A stretch of DNA of 64,000 bases, taken from NCBI GenBank assembly GCA_038087875.1, contig CM075995.1, positions 1,180,001 to 1,244,000 of the forward strand. Direction: 5' to 3'. The stretch's first letter is position 1. Every line of letters starts with the position of its first letter. The position numbers were made by a program, and so were the translations under genes. This stretch comes from Malacoraja senta. Taxonomy: Eukaryota. Positions 12,390 to 24,834 of this stretch are shown piece by piece. The notes beneath the pieces are model-generated. The model was not told where the DNA came from and did not search any database. It worked only from the letters and a program-made list of their open reading frames with translations.

Positions 12390-13180
12390 GTTACAAACAA
12401 TAAGGAAACTGAGTGGGTGGGGGTGTTACAGGGTGCAATGTGTACAATGCTGCCCTCATTAGTGGAGCAACTAGTAGAGATGGTAGACAGCGTTATATTC
12501 CCAGGCATCAATGTCACCAGCTGGGCTGTACATGCTTATGCGATAGTCAAGGAAGCGCAGCAGTGAATTTACTTGGACATCTAAGATGATTTGGCATGTC
12601 CAGGAGGATTTACTTCAACTTCTGCAGATATGCTATAGAAAGTATTCTGACTGAATGCATCTCAGCCTGGTAGGGCAACTGATTTGCTCTTGATCCCCTG
12701 AACTGAGAGAGTGGTGAATACAGGATCGTCTATCACAGAACAGCCACATCCTTCCATGCAGTTTTTCTTCACTGTGTTGCATCAGGAAGGTTGAGAATAT
12801 TGTAAAGGATGTCCATCACCCTGGTTGTTCCCTTCCTCTCTTCTACCTTCCAGGAGAAGATACATGTGCATGAAAGCTTGGATCTTCAGACTTAAGAATG
12901 TTTCTTCACTACTCTGAGACTCCTGATCCAATCAGCTCTGTCACACCCCAATTCCAGAGGTGCTGCGATAAACTCTTACTACTTCATCCTGTTATTTTAT
13001 TATTGTACATGAATATTCCTTTGCACTTTGCATTGCACCATAATCTTGCACAATTCTGCTATTTGGCTTTCGTTGTTGCATTTATTGCTGTATCTATCAT
13101 TGTCATGTATATGGTGTACAGTGTGATCTTTGGGAACAAGGAATTTCATTGCATCCTGGTATATATCACAATGGAAATAA
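12390..13180 (+). mobile_element. Old degraded Rex1-like LINE 3' fragment
   Basis: Degenerate similarity to the 3' half of the element at 844-2175 (e.g. AACTTCTGCAGATATGCTATAGAAAG, CTACCTTCCAGGAGAAGATAC). Confidence 0.6.
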
Positions 13181-13186
13181 GCTAAT

Positions 13187-14077
13187 AGGGACGTTGCACG
13201 GCAGTCGGGTCACGACCCATGACCCGTACTGTTGCCACGCAGTGCCGACTGGAGTACACACTGTGAACTGCAGGTAAGCACTTACCATGGATTCCAGTGT
13301 AGCGGGCCTGTCTTCTGTCCCAGCATCCGGACTCCACGCTGACTGGTTCCACACTCGCGGATCCCGAGCCGTCTATCCCCGCGGCCGGGGGTGGGGAGGA
13401 GGTCGGCGGGGGGGGGGGGTGCCGATGCAGCGCGGTCAGTGACTCTGGGTGGGCAGAGGTACCAGACTGTCTCCAAATGATGCAGCTGATGGGGACGTTG
13501 GTGGGGGGGAGGGTGGGGTTATTGTCTGGGGGAGGGCGGGGAGTGGTCGGGAGGGTGCTGATGCAGCGCGGTCAGTGACTCTGGGTGGGCAGAGGTACCA
13601 GACTGTCCCCAACTCTGCTGCAGCTGACGGGGATGTTGCCGGGTTTTTGTCCCCGTGTGTCCGCTGCCCGGAGCCGCGGCACCGCTCAACCCAACCCCGT
13701 GTGTGGGCGCAGCCGACCCACAGCCCGTGACAGTGCGGCTGCACAGGGGGAGGGTGGGTGGAGGGTGGTCGTGGCCGGACAGCGCTGACCCCGGGGGGAG
13801 AGTGGGGGCTGTCCCGAGGGATGCGCTCCTTCGGCTGCTTACACCTTGGTGCTCGGGTTTAGAGCATAAATACTAGAGCATTTGGTTCAGAGCGCTCGGT
13901 CACCCTCCACAATTATTTACATGGCAAAAATTGGCCATTTCGGCGGTTTTTAACAGGTAAGAAAGTACTGTTTCGTGTGTTAACAGTGTGTGCCGGAAGC
14001 TGCCATGTCCTCCAGATGGATTGAGCTGCTCCGTGCGTCACGCCCTTTGACCCCATGACCTCACGTGCAACCCCCCT
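13187..14077. mobile_element. Non-autonomous DNA transposon, ISL2EU/PIF-like
   Basis: Imperfect TIRs AGGGACGTTGCACG / CGTGCAACCCCCCT, each flanked by AT. GC-rich interior with an internal direct repeat (~13420-13500 vs ~13555-13640). Confidence 0.7.
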
Positions 14078-14369
14078 ATAGTTACAGCAGATAACTAAAT
14101 AAACAAAGAGCTGAAGTTGTGATTCAAGTTGGGATATATTTACTGCATTGCTGGATCTGCAGAGTATGATATTTATATACAATCTGATGATAGAGTAGTT
14201 AAACATTTACATTACATAAAGCAAGAACAAAATTTGAATGTAATTTCACCATGCAAGGTAAATACAGAAAACAGGGTTCCTATAACCATCTCAGCCTTAA
14301 CATGTTGGATCATTTTGCTGTTGCAGCTTTCTTTGATGATTGTGAGTACTGATAACCACTTGATATGGA

Positions 14370-14478
14370 ATAGAAACATAGAAAATAGGTGCAGGAGTAG
14401 GCCATTCGGCCCTTCGAGCCTGCACCGCCATTCAATATGATCATGGCTGATCATCCAACTCAGTATCCCGTACCTGCA
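14370..14478 (-). mobile_element. CR1 3' tail
   Basis: ATAGAAACATAGAAAATAGGTGCAGGAGTAGGCCATTCGGCCC is the reverse complement of the CR1 end at about 23600-23648. Confidence 0.85.
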
Positions 14479-15949
14479 GCTTGCAGCTTTTCAAATTAAG
14501 TATGATTTGGACAAAGTGATCAGCCATGGTAACTGCACACAACCAATGATCTTACTCAGGATTAAAATACCGCATTTGTTCTGAACTTGCCTTTTCTAAT
14601 CTGTGTGGTCTCTATATGAAAAAAGTACAGGACCACCACTGGCAACTGCTGGTCTGGTGCCTCCTTTAATGTGGGCCAAATCAGGAGTGAGTATTTGAAT
14701 TCTCTCCCGGAAGTTCCCCAGAAAATATGACACCCAGGCTGTGTAAGGTGGCCAACCTTGATCTCATCGGGACTTCTGCGCCGATCAGCGAGTCGAATTT
14801 GCCCCCTGCAGCCGGGGATCTGGAACTCTGGTCCGACTAAAGCCGGCAGATCCGTCTCCCACAGCCGACTTCTGCGGTCAATCGGCGGGTCGAATTTGCA
14901 CCCTATGGCGGGGGCTCTGGAACTCTGGCCTGGCTGGAGCCGGCAGTTCCGTTCCCATAGCTAACATCCGAGGCCGACTTCGCGGGCTGGCATCTTAGCC
15001 CCCCGCTGGCTTAGGCAGACCGTTCCGGTACAGTTGGACCCCTCTCGGAGGCCATGACCTATGTCATTATAATTTGTTTCTTATTCCAAAATTACTAATC
15101 CACATCTATTTTCTTTCTTACAGTACTTTGAAAAAAATTAATTGGTGTATTTTTGGGTCTAATCTGAACTAAGCATTTTCTATTTGAATGACATCTTAAT
15201 TTCTTCAAAAATATATACGATATTACTTGAATGGGGAGTGGGGTAGGAGTACTGAACAAATGTCACTCATGAAATAGTAGAGTATACCTTTGATAACTGA
15301 ATAATCTGTGTATGTAGGTTTAGTTAATTTGTTAAAGACATTTAGGTTTTTGCTTTGATTGTCTCATGTTCACTGCGTACAACTAAAGCTCAGTAACAAT
15401 TAACTTCCTTAAAGTTATCCTTGAGCATTGCATCCATTCCTTCCATTCAAACAAATAGTATTACAAGTGTTTTTCTACAAGTCTGTTTGCTCCACTATTA
15501 ATTATGTCCTCTCTTAGATTGTTGGCTCAAAATTGAGGCATAATTGGTGAAGCATGTCCTGCAAGTTTGCAACCTGTATTGTCAGGGCTGTGGAGATTTT
15601 TGGAAAGTAGATACATTTTTGAAAGGAATTTGAGGTCGATGTTGAACTGGCACAGGAGGAGTTGAAGCTTAGGGCAGATCATATTGAATGACAAGGTGGT
15701 CTTTGGGGGGCAGGTGGCTTACTCCTGTAACTACTTTGTTTGTTGTGTTTAATGCCCTTTCTTGTACATTTTCTCTTCCCAAATGGTGACAAATATCTCT
15801 CTTTATTGGCTTAATTCTCTGCCTTTTTTTGATTTTTCTTTCACCAATGTATTGCTTACCATTGATGAAAGTAAGTCTATTTTGTTCTTGACCAGGATGT
15901 TGCACGAACTGGTGGACTGGAATTATAATTTAAGAGACATAACAGACAG

Positions 15950-16082
15950 CAGGGTGGCACGGTGGTGCAGCGGTAGAGTTGTTACCTTACACCATCAGGG
16001 ACCCGGGTTTGATCCTGACTACGGGTGCTTGCCAGTACGGAATTTTACGTTCTCCCCGTGACCTGCGTGGGTTTTCTCCAGT
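15950..16082 (+). mobile_element. tRNA-derived SINE 5' part
   Basis: GGGTGGCACGGTGGTGCAGCGGTAGAG...GGGTTTGATCCTGACTACGGG. Confidence 0.85.
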
Positions 16083-16729
16083 ATCAAGTATGTAGATGTC
16101 GTTTGCGTTGATGGTTCAGTGCTTTTGGGAGGTATATATCTTCTATACTTACATATGCATAATGATAGAAAATAAAATTGCGATGTCGGTTGAAAGTTAG
16201 TGGAAAGTTTGTTTCCTCACATTTGGAATCATTGAATAATTGTGACATAATCTGGAAAAATTGTGGAAACCTCAAAAATTCTATATTTGTCATTTGCTAT
16301 CTGTAATTATTTATTATTGACCTTTAATTGTTTGATATAAAAAATGACCAATATAACATGCTTGCCCTTAAATGATACTGTCCCTGATACCTGGTTTTTT
16401 CCAACAGTATTACCATACAAACAGGTATTCAATGCAGCCGAATGTTTGTGGTATCCCTGTGTTTCAATCGTTGAAAAAAAGTGTTTCTGAAATTACTTTT
16501 ATAATGAAAATCATAGTTGACATTTTTCAATCTTTGAGGAAGTGTTTAAAAATCTTTGCTTAATCGCTAGAACTGAAAGTGAAGGAATGACTTTGGGGAG
16601 TTTTTTTCCCAGTACCAGCCATTGTGACCACTATTGTTTTAAAACAAATTGAATCCAAAAAAAATTCTGAGCTTGGCTGAGCTGTTGTCCTCTCACTCAA
16701 GCAGGTGTGGCCTGTAACAACGTAACAAA

Positions 16730-18330
16730 TATTAAGAGCAGCAGGCAGTTTGGTCCTTTGACCCTACCTTCCCAGTCACTAAAATCCTGACTAAACGTAC
16801 TTCAGTGCCATTTGCAGTATTACCCTCATTTCCCTTGATTCACATAATGCCCAGAAATCTATAGATTTCTGATATGAATGAACTGGGCAGTGGGCAGGTG
16901 CTATAGACCTGCACAGGAAGGTAGACGCTCCCGCCCCCACGAGTCTCGGGCAGATGGGGCTCGTCAGCCTGGGAAGGCAGTCCATCTAGGAGAGGAAAAT
17001 CTCTGATTTAAAACCTCCACTGCCTTGTGGCCATATCCAGTCATGGAAAAGGCTCCAGGAGTAAACCTCAAGAAAATCCGGAGTCGGAGCCCCTAAGGCA
17101 GTTTGTCATTGTCTACAACCTCGCCCTGGCAGCTCCTGCGACGGCGCTGGTGCCAAACTGTAACAGCCCTGCTGTTCCTTTGGATCGATCGGCGACGTGG
17201 AGAGGGGGGGACGTGCTGCATGGGCAACAGCCTGTCCTCCATATGACATCGCCCAGGCTTGCATCCGACCAGGATGCATCACCCATGGCCAGTCATGACC
17301 GAGGGGGGCCTACTAAGAACTCAATGACTAAGCCTCCATAACCATCTGGGTTGGAAGAATTCCAAGAATTCTGAACGAAGACATTTCTCTATCTCCATCT
17401 TATTAAAAAGCTAACTCCCTATTCTGAAAACTGTGCTCCGCGAGAATGAATCTTCCTGCATCTAAAAATGTTGCAAGCTTTGATCTCTCAATGTTCTAAA
17501 CTCTTGGATACAGGTGTAGTCTTGCAAATCTTTACTTATTGAGTAATTCCAATATCCCTTGAGGCAGTCTAACGAGCCCTTGCTATATTTCCTCTGCCCC
17601 ATGTACGTCCTTGGGTAAAGAGTCCAGAAGTGTTTTCAATCCTCCAGGTATGGTCTTACCAAGGTCCAGTACAATTGCAATAAGACTTTCTTTTTTATCA
17701 AATCTCATAATTAAGGCTGAAAATCATTTAGGCTTAATTGCATGCTGAACCAGGATGTACACTTTCGATAACTTGTGTACAAACACACCCGAGTCCCTTT
17801 GATCATCAACAGCCCAATCTCACAGTTTAATAAACATCCACTTGTCTGTCATGTGCCCTAAAGTGGATAATGTTATAGTTTTCCACTTTATGTTCGATGT
17901 GAAATGTTTTTGCATTCTGACTGAGCTTGTTTATGCTTCCAGAGAAGCCTCTTTGCACTATATTAGGAATTCACAATTCCAACTGGTTTAATCTCATTAG
18001 AAAACTTGGAAGTTTGAGATGTGGTCCCCAGAACCAAATTGTTGATAAAAATTGTGAAAGGGTGGGGACGAGCACTGATCACTGTGATACCTGTCTGCCA
18101 AACTAGAGGATATATTTATTCGCACTCTTTACATTTCATCCCATAACAATTTTCAATTTTTTGTTTCTAGATGAGCTTGTATGTATGCCGTGCCTGTCCT
18201 TGCTGATAACCTCCTGTGTGGGACCTGTTGGAACGCCTTTTGAAAGTGCAAATAAACCTTATCGACTGGTTCCTTCTTACTGTAGTCAGATTCCTAAAAT
18301 AACTCCACCTGTTTAGTCAACATGATCATT
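16730..18330 (-). mobile_element. Old degraded CR1 LINE, host of the RTE-derived insertion
   Basis: Degenerate CR1 motifs on the minus strand: CTCCAGGTATGGTCTTACCAAGG, AAAGTGGATAA, TGTGTGGGACCTGTTGGAACGCCTTTTGAAAGT. Confidence 0.65.
16885..17316 (+). mobile_element. Short non-autonomous RTE-derived retroelement (5'UTR-like head plus RTE 3' end)
   Basis: Last ~45 nt match the 3' end of the RTE LINE at 59840-59892 (minus strand). Head motif GGAAGGCAGTCCATCTAGGAGAGGAAAATCTCTGATTTAAAACC resembles RTE/BovB 5'UTRs. GAACT on both flanks. Confidence 0.7.
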
Positions 18331-18542
18331 CTTTGATGTGCTCAATCCTATTATTATTAATTTTTTTTCCCCAGGAGTCTTGTTATTGCAGTACAGATTC
18401 AGCCTTTTCCCAACCACCAATATACTAGTCCACTGAAACTGTTTTTAGGGACTGTTTGCAAAATCTTGATTAACTTGTACAATCACATTGTGAAATTCTC
18501 CTTAAAACCTGCACTTTATAGTCAGTATTTCACATTGTGAAA

Positions 18543-19849
18543 TCATCATATATCATATCATATAACTATTAAAACTTTGATCTTGGATGTGTGTGTGTGT
18601 GTGTCTTTACATATGTGATTCACATCTCCTCGAAAACCCGACGCGGTAATGATGAAATTTTACATATTCCGGTAGAGATTTACCTCATGATTTCAAAAAT
18701 CCCCTCATCTGAAAAATTGATTCATTATTTCCCGAGTTTTTTACTAAAATTGTTCACCAATCTGACATCTTTTAAAAATCTAACGTGCTGAAGCGAGCTG
18801 ATGACGTCACAATGCCTTTGCTCCTCGCGGCAAGTTGCGCAGAATTTTCAACGCGCAACCACGAGCTGCGAGTTATGTGGCCCAGCCGCCCCCGCCACCC
18901 CCCGACTCTGGATTGAAGCCGTTGAACACGTGATCAAGTCGTGCTACGAGCTCCGCTGGGCTCCTTCAAGTTCTACAACATGGCGGCGGCGGTCGTTACT
19001 GCAGCGCGGCCGCGGACAAGCGCAGTGGAAAAGTGGCCACGATCGGCCGGCCCTCCGCTGCTTTTCACCGTCCTCAGATTGCTCTGGGCCTCGCTCTGAA
19101 TCACGCCGGCCGCAACCTAGCTCGGGCCTGGCGTCTGGTGGGGAGGCCTGCTCTATGACCTGGGTAGGTGCTGCCTCTACCCCCTCCCCCTCCCTCTCTA
19201 CCCCCTCCCTGGGGCAGAGAAAGAGAGAGAGAGGGTGGGGGGGAGAGGTGGGGCGGAGGGAGAGGGGGGAAGAGGGAGGAGGAGGGAGGAGGAGAGGGGG
19301 CCCCCCCCCTCTCTGCCCCCCCCCTCTCTGCCCCCCCCATCTCTGCCCCCCCCTCCCTCTCTGCTTCCCCCTCCCTCTCTGCTTCCCCTCCCTCTCTGCT
19401 TCCCCTCCCTCTCTGCTTCCCCCTCCCTCTCTGCTTCCCCCTCCCTCTCTGCTTCCCCCTCCCTCTCTGCTTCCCCCTCCGTCTCTGCCCCCCCTCCCGC
19501 TCTGCCCCCCTCCCTCTCTAGGGAGTGGTGAATATTGGGACCAATGGGTGTGTGGTGGAGTATTGCGTTCGGGAACCAGCCCTCCCCTGTGACGCAGCGC
19601 TGCCCCCCCACCCCTCAATCTCTACCCCACTCCCTCTCACTCTCTACCTCCTCCCTCTCCACAGTTGGGGGTTATGCTTGAGAGGATAGGGTGGGGGATG
19701 GGGTAAAAGGAGCAAATGATTAATATAATATCAGGGGGGGGGGTTACTGTGTGTGGGAGGTGGTTAGTGTGTGTGCGTGTGATGCCAAAGGCCGCCCCCC
19801 GCAACCGCGCGTTGAGGGGATGGGACGCAACGGGTCCCCCTTGGTCTAG
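18543..19849 (+). mobile_element. Non-autonomous Helitron
   Basis: Starts TC after A, ends CTAG before T, subterminal hairpin GGGACGCAACGGGTCCC (19822-19838), no TSD. Removing it restores TGTGAAA|TTCTCCTTAAAACC, the same sequence as at 18489-18509. Confidence 0.85.
19300..19515 (+). repeat. C/T-rich ~18-bp minisatellite (CTCCCTCTCTGCTTCCCC)n inside the Helitron
   Basis: Directly visible tandem units. Confidence 0.9.
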
Positions 19850-20241
19850 TTCTCCTTAAAACCTGTACTTTATAGTCGGTTGCCTTGGGGTGGGAGATTG
19901 CAACCTTCACGTGGTCCACTCTGTTTCGACGAATGCAATCAACCTGGCGGGCGCAAACAACATCAAACAGAACAATTTGTCTTACAACTTTAGGCTGTGC
20001 ACGCCGTACGCAAGAAGAAGTATTTTCCTGTTTTTTTGTTGAGTGTCTTGTTGGAATGTGCTGTGTCATTCTAAGTTCATGTAACGGGACATCAGTTGAC
20101 CAATTTCAGATTTGTGACCTATTAATTTGCCCATGGGGAGTAAAACCTTCTGATTTTAATGTAAATAAAACTATCTGTCCACATAAGAAATAGCTGACAT
20201 TTGAAACGGAGCTAATGTATTTTTAGTCGATGAGAACGCTT

Positions 20242-20415
20242 GGCGGCAAAGTAGCGCAGCTGGTAGGGCCTCTACCTCAGAGCACCAGAGACCGTATTTC
20301 AATCCTGACCTTAACTTCTGTGTGGAGTTTGTATGTTCTCCCTGTGACTATGTGGGTTTTCTCCAGGTGCTCTGGTTTCCTCCCACAATCCTAAGATGTG
20401 GGTTTGTATGTTAAT
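20242..20415 (+). mobile_element. tRNA-derived SINE, 5' half (3' half resumes at ~23644-23800)
   Basis: SINE head and core end at GGTTTGTATGTTAAT and resume as GTTAATTGGTCTCTGTAAATTG after the CR1. Confidence 0.8.
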
Positions 20416-23400
20416 GCTTGAGAGGATATTGGTCCCGTGGGGCACCAATATCCTGGTGAGCAGATTTGCAAAGGCTACTGGGGAGACTTTAAACTAGAAA
20501 GGTTGGGGGGAGGGTCTCAAATAGAGAAAGCTAGTAGGAAGCACTCAGACCCAACATGTAGGGGAGAAAGAAGAAAAAGATAATAAACAGAGAATAAGAG
20601 GTGGTGGGTTTCTTAAATGTGTGAGCAGAGAGACAGAGGGGTGTAAAATGAGGGTAGAAGCAATAGGTAGCAAGGTGAAAAGTAAAAGTGGCAGGCAGAC
20701 AAATCCAGGGCAAAAATCATAAGGGCCACTTTTCAACATAATTGTATAAGGGGTAAGAGTGTTGTAAAAACAACCCTGAAGGCTTTGTGTCTCCATACAA
20801 GGAGCATTCGTAATAAGGTGGATGAGTTGAATGTGCAGATAGTTATTAATGAATATGATATAGTTGGGATCACAGAGACATGGCTCCAGGGTGACCAAGG
20901 CTGGGAGCTGAACATCCAGGGATATTCAATATTCAGGAGGGATAGACAGAAAGGAAAAGGAGGTGGGGTAGCATTGCTGGTTAGAGAGGAGATTACCACA
21001 ATAGAAAGGAAGGACATTAGCTTGGAGGGTGTGGAATCGATATGGGTAGAGCTGCGAAACACTAAGGGGCAGAAAACGCTAGTGGGAGTTGTGTACAGGA
21101 CACCTAACAGTAGTAGTGGAGTTGGGGATGGCATCAAACAGGAAATTAGAAATGCGTGCAACAAAGGTAAAACAGTTATAATGGGTGACTTCAACCTACA
21201 TATAGATTGGGTGAATCAAATTTGCAGGGGTGCTGAGGAAGAGGATTTCTTGGAATGTATACGGCATACTTTTCTAAACCAACATGTAGAGAAACCAACG
21301 AGAGAGCAGGCTATTCTAGACTGGGTATTGAGTAATGAGGAAGGGTTAGTTAGCAGTCTTGTTGTGCGTGGCCCCTTGGGCAAGAGTGACCATAATATGG
21401 TTGAGTTCTTCATTAGGATGGAGAGTGACATAATTAATTCAGAAACAAGGGTTCTGAACTTAAAGAAAGGTAACTTTGAGGGTATGAGATGTGAATTGGC
21501 CAAGATAGACTGGCAATTGATTCTTAAAGGGTCGACGGTGGATATGCAATGGAAGGCATTTAAAGACTGCATGGATGAACTACAACAATTGTTCATCCCA
21601 GTTTGGCAAAAGAATAAATCAGGGAAGGTAGTGCATCCGTGGATAACAAGGGAAATCAGGGATAGTATCAAAACAAAAGATAAAGCATACAAATTAGCCA
21701 GAAAAAGCAGCCTACCAGAGGACTGGGAGAAATTCAGAGTCCAGCAGAGGAGCACAAAGGGCTTAATTAGGAAAGCGAAAATAGATTATGAAAGAAAACT
21801 GGCAGGGAACATAAAAAACGACTGCAAACATTTTTATAGATATGTGAAGAGAAAACGATTAGTTAAAACAAATGTAGGTCCCTTGCAGTCAGAAACAGGT
21901 GAATTGATTGTGGGGAACAAGGACAAGGCAGACCAATTGATTAACTACTTTGGTTCTGTCTTCACTAAGGAAGACATAAATAATCTACCGGAAATAGCAG
22001 GGGACCGGGGGTCAAATGAGATGGAGGAACTGAGTGAAATCCAGGTTAGTCGGGAAGTGGTGTTAGGTAAATTAAATGGATTAAAGGCCGATAAATCCCC
22101 AGGGCCAGATAGGCTGCATCCCAGAGTACTTAAGGAAGTAGCCCCAGAAATAGTGGATGCATTAGTGATAATTTTTCAAAACTCTTTAGATTCTGGAGTA
22201 GTTCCTGAGGATTGGAGGGTAGCTAATGTAACCCCACTTTTTAAAAAGGGAGGGAGAGAGAAAACGGGGAATTACAGACCAGTTAGTCTAACATCGGTAG
22301 TGGGGAACCTGCTAGAGTCAGTTATTAAAGATGGGATAGCAGCACATTTGGAAAGTGGTGAAATCATTGGACAAAGTCAGCATGGATTTATGAAAGGTAA
22401 ATCATGTCTGACGAATCTTATAGAATTTTTCGAGGATGTAACTAGTAGAGTGGATAAGGGAGAACCAGTGGATGTGATATATCTGGACTTTCAAAAGGCT
22501 TTTGACAAGGTCCCACATAAGAGATTAGTATACAAACATAAAGCACACGGTATTGGGGGTTCAGTAATGATGTGGATAGAGAACTGACTGGCAGACAGGA
22601 AGCAAAGAGTAGGAGTAAACGGGTCCTTTTCAGAATGGCAGGCAGCGACTAGTACCGCAAGGCTCAGTGCTGGGACCCCAGCTATTTACAATATATATTA
22701 ATGATTTGGACGAGGGAATTGAATGCAACATCTCCAAGTTTGCGGATGACACGAAGCTGGGGGGCAGTGTTAGCTGTGAGGAGGATGCTAGGAGGCTGCA
22801 AGGTGACTTGGATAGGTTGGGTGAGTGGGCAAATGCATGGCAGATGCAGTATAATGTGGATAAATGTGAGGTTATCCACATTTTGGTGGCAAAAACAGGA
22901 AAGTAGACTATTATCTGAATGGTGGCCGATTAGGAAAAGGGGAGATGCAACGAGACCTGGGTGTCATGGTACACCAGTTATTGAAAGTAGGCATGCAGGT
23001 GCAGCAGGCAGTGAAGAAAGCGAATGGTATGTTAGCATTCATAGCAAAAGGATTTGAGTATAGGAGCAGGGAGGTTCTACTGCAGTTGTACAGGGTTTTG
23101 GTGGTACCACACCTGGAGTATTGCGTACAGTTTTGGTCTCCTAATCTGAGGAAAGACATTCTTGCCATAGAGGGAGTGCAGAGAAGGTTCACCAGACTGA
23201 TTCCTGGGATGTGAGGACTTTCATATGAAGAAAGACTGGATAGACTTGGCTTGTACTCACTGGAATTTAGAAGATTGAGGGGGGATCTTATAGAAACGTA
23301 CAAAATTCTTAAGGGGCTGGACAGGCTAGATGCAGGAAGATTGTTCCCGATGTTGGGGAAGTCCAGAACAAGGGGTCACAGTTTAAGGATAAGGGGGAAG

Positions 23401-23648
23401 TCTTTTAGGACCGAGATGAGAAAAACATTTTTCACACAGAGAGTGGTGAATCTGTGGAATTCTCTGCCACAGAAGGTAGTTGAGGCCAGTTCATTGGCTA
23501 TATTTAAGAGGGAGTTAGATGTGGCCCTTGTGGCTAAAGGGAGAGAAGGCAGGTACGGGATACTGAGTTGGATGATCATATTGAATGGCGGTGCAGGCTC
23601 GAAGGGCCGAATGACATACTCCTGCACCTATTTTCTATGTTTCTATGT
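20416..23648 (+). mobile_element. CR1 LINE, 5'-truncated: end of ORF1 plus full-length but disrupted ORF2 (APE endonuclease + RT)
   Basis: ORF 20785-22587 has GITETW, GGGVA, MGDFN, SDHN, NYRPVSLTS, QHGF, YLDFQKAFDKVPH. Premature TGA at 22585, later frameshifts, KFADD, (TTCTATGT)n tail. TATGTTAAT at 20407-20415 and 23644-23652. Confidence 0.95.
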
Positions 23649-23869
23649 TAATTGGTCTCTGTAAATTGCCTCTGGTGTGTTGGGTGAGGATGCAAAGGTG
23701 AAATAACTTGGAACTAGTGAGAGTGGCTGATCAATGGTTGGCATGGACTTGGTAGACCAAAGTACCTGTTTCATACTGTATCTTTCAATAAATATATCAA
23801 TCAAAAACAATATGTGAATAGACAGCAGCTTGGAGATTTGGAGAAAGGAAGTGGTCTCGGGTGTGAAAT

Positions 23870-24090
23870 CAGAGACTCATAAAGTAATACAGTGTGGTAA
23901 CAGGCCCTTCGGCCCAACTTACCCACACCGGCCAACATGTCCCAGCTACATGAGTCTCACCTGCCTTGGTCCATATCCCTCCAAACCTATCCTATCCATG
24001 TACCTGATTAACTGTTTCTTAAACGGGACAGTCCCAGCCTCAACTACCTCCTCTGGCAGCTTGTTCCACACACCCACCACCCTTTGTGTG
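23870..24090 (-). mobile_element. CR1 3' fragment
   Basis: Same tail family as 7790-8060 and 60640-60920. Confidence 0.8.
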
Positions 24091-24834
24091 ACTCGGCAAT
24101 GTAAGTGGTGTTAAAGCATTGTTTAATTTCTCAAGGTTGAAAATTTCTCTTGAGAGGGATGGGATTAAGCCTGTATCCTTCATAGAATTTAAAAATTTTT
24201 AAGAAGTTCTATCTACCTTCTCGGTTTGTATGATTTAAAACAAAATGTAATGATAAGGATTATTGTACATTTTAGAAACCTTTTTCAAAAATTTTTTTGT
24301 TGCAGCTCTGCTCAAATATTATGACAGATTTAATCTGAAATATGGCCATAATAAACATAGTTAAGAACTTGCTGCTTTACACAGAATATTAATGATATCA
24401 TTACAACACAAAAGGAGCAATTGGCCCAACAACTCTGACAGATTTTAAAAAATCTCATTAGTCCCATTCTTCTGTTCTTTCCATATCTCATCTCCTGGCT
24501 CACTCCAGGTATTTAGTTAATTCACTTTTGAAGTTTATTATTGAATACGCTTCCTCAACGATATCAGTGTGTTCCAAATCTTTGTGCCTTTATAAAAAAA
24601 CACACCTTATTTCTCTGTTCTTTTGCCAATTGTGGCCAAATTCTGTCACATTTTAATAAGGATTTTAATATTTTGTGCAAGGGAAATTTTCGAGAATGTA
24701 GACAATAAAATACTTCACGTACTTGAAATCTGAATTTGTTCTTCTCGGATCAATGATGATTATGGGAAAACAAATGGTTAAGTGTTTAAAAGCCATGGGG
24801 AATTTGAAAAGGTGAAAAAGGCAAAATGGATTCC

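Noticed and set aside
18801..19618. Long Pro/Gly-rich ORFs on both strands
   Set aside because: They arise from low-complexity C/T minisatellite inside a Helitron.
18496..19877. 28-bp direct repeat as a TSD of the 18.5-19.8 kb element
   Set aside because: Explained by a pre-existing 47-bp tandem duplication whose second copy was split at A|T.
19880..20020. Possible LINE 3' end ending CGCAAGAAGAAG
   Set aside because: Suggestive tail only; no coding remnant to assign a family.
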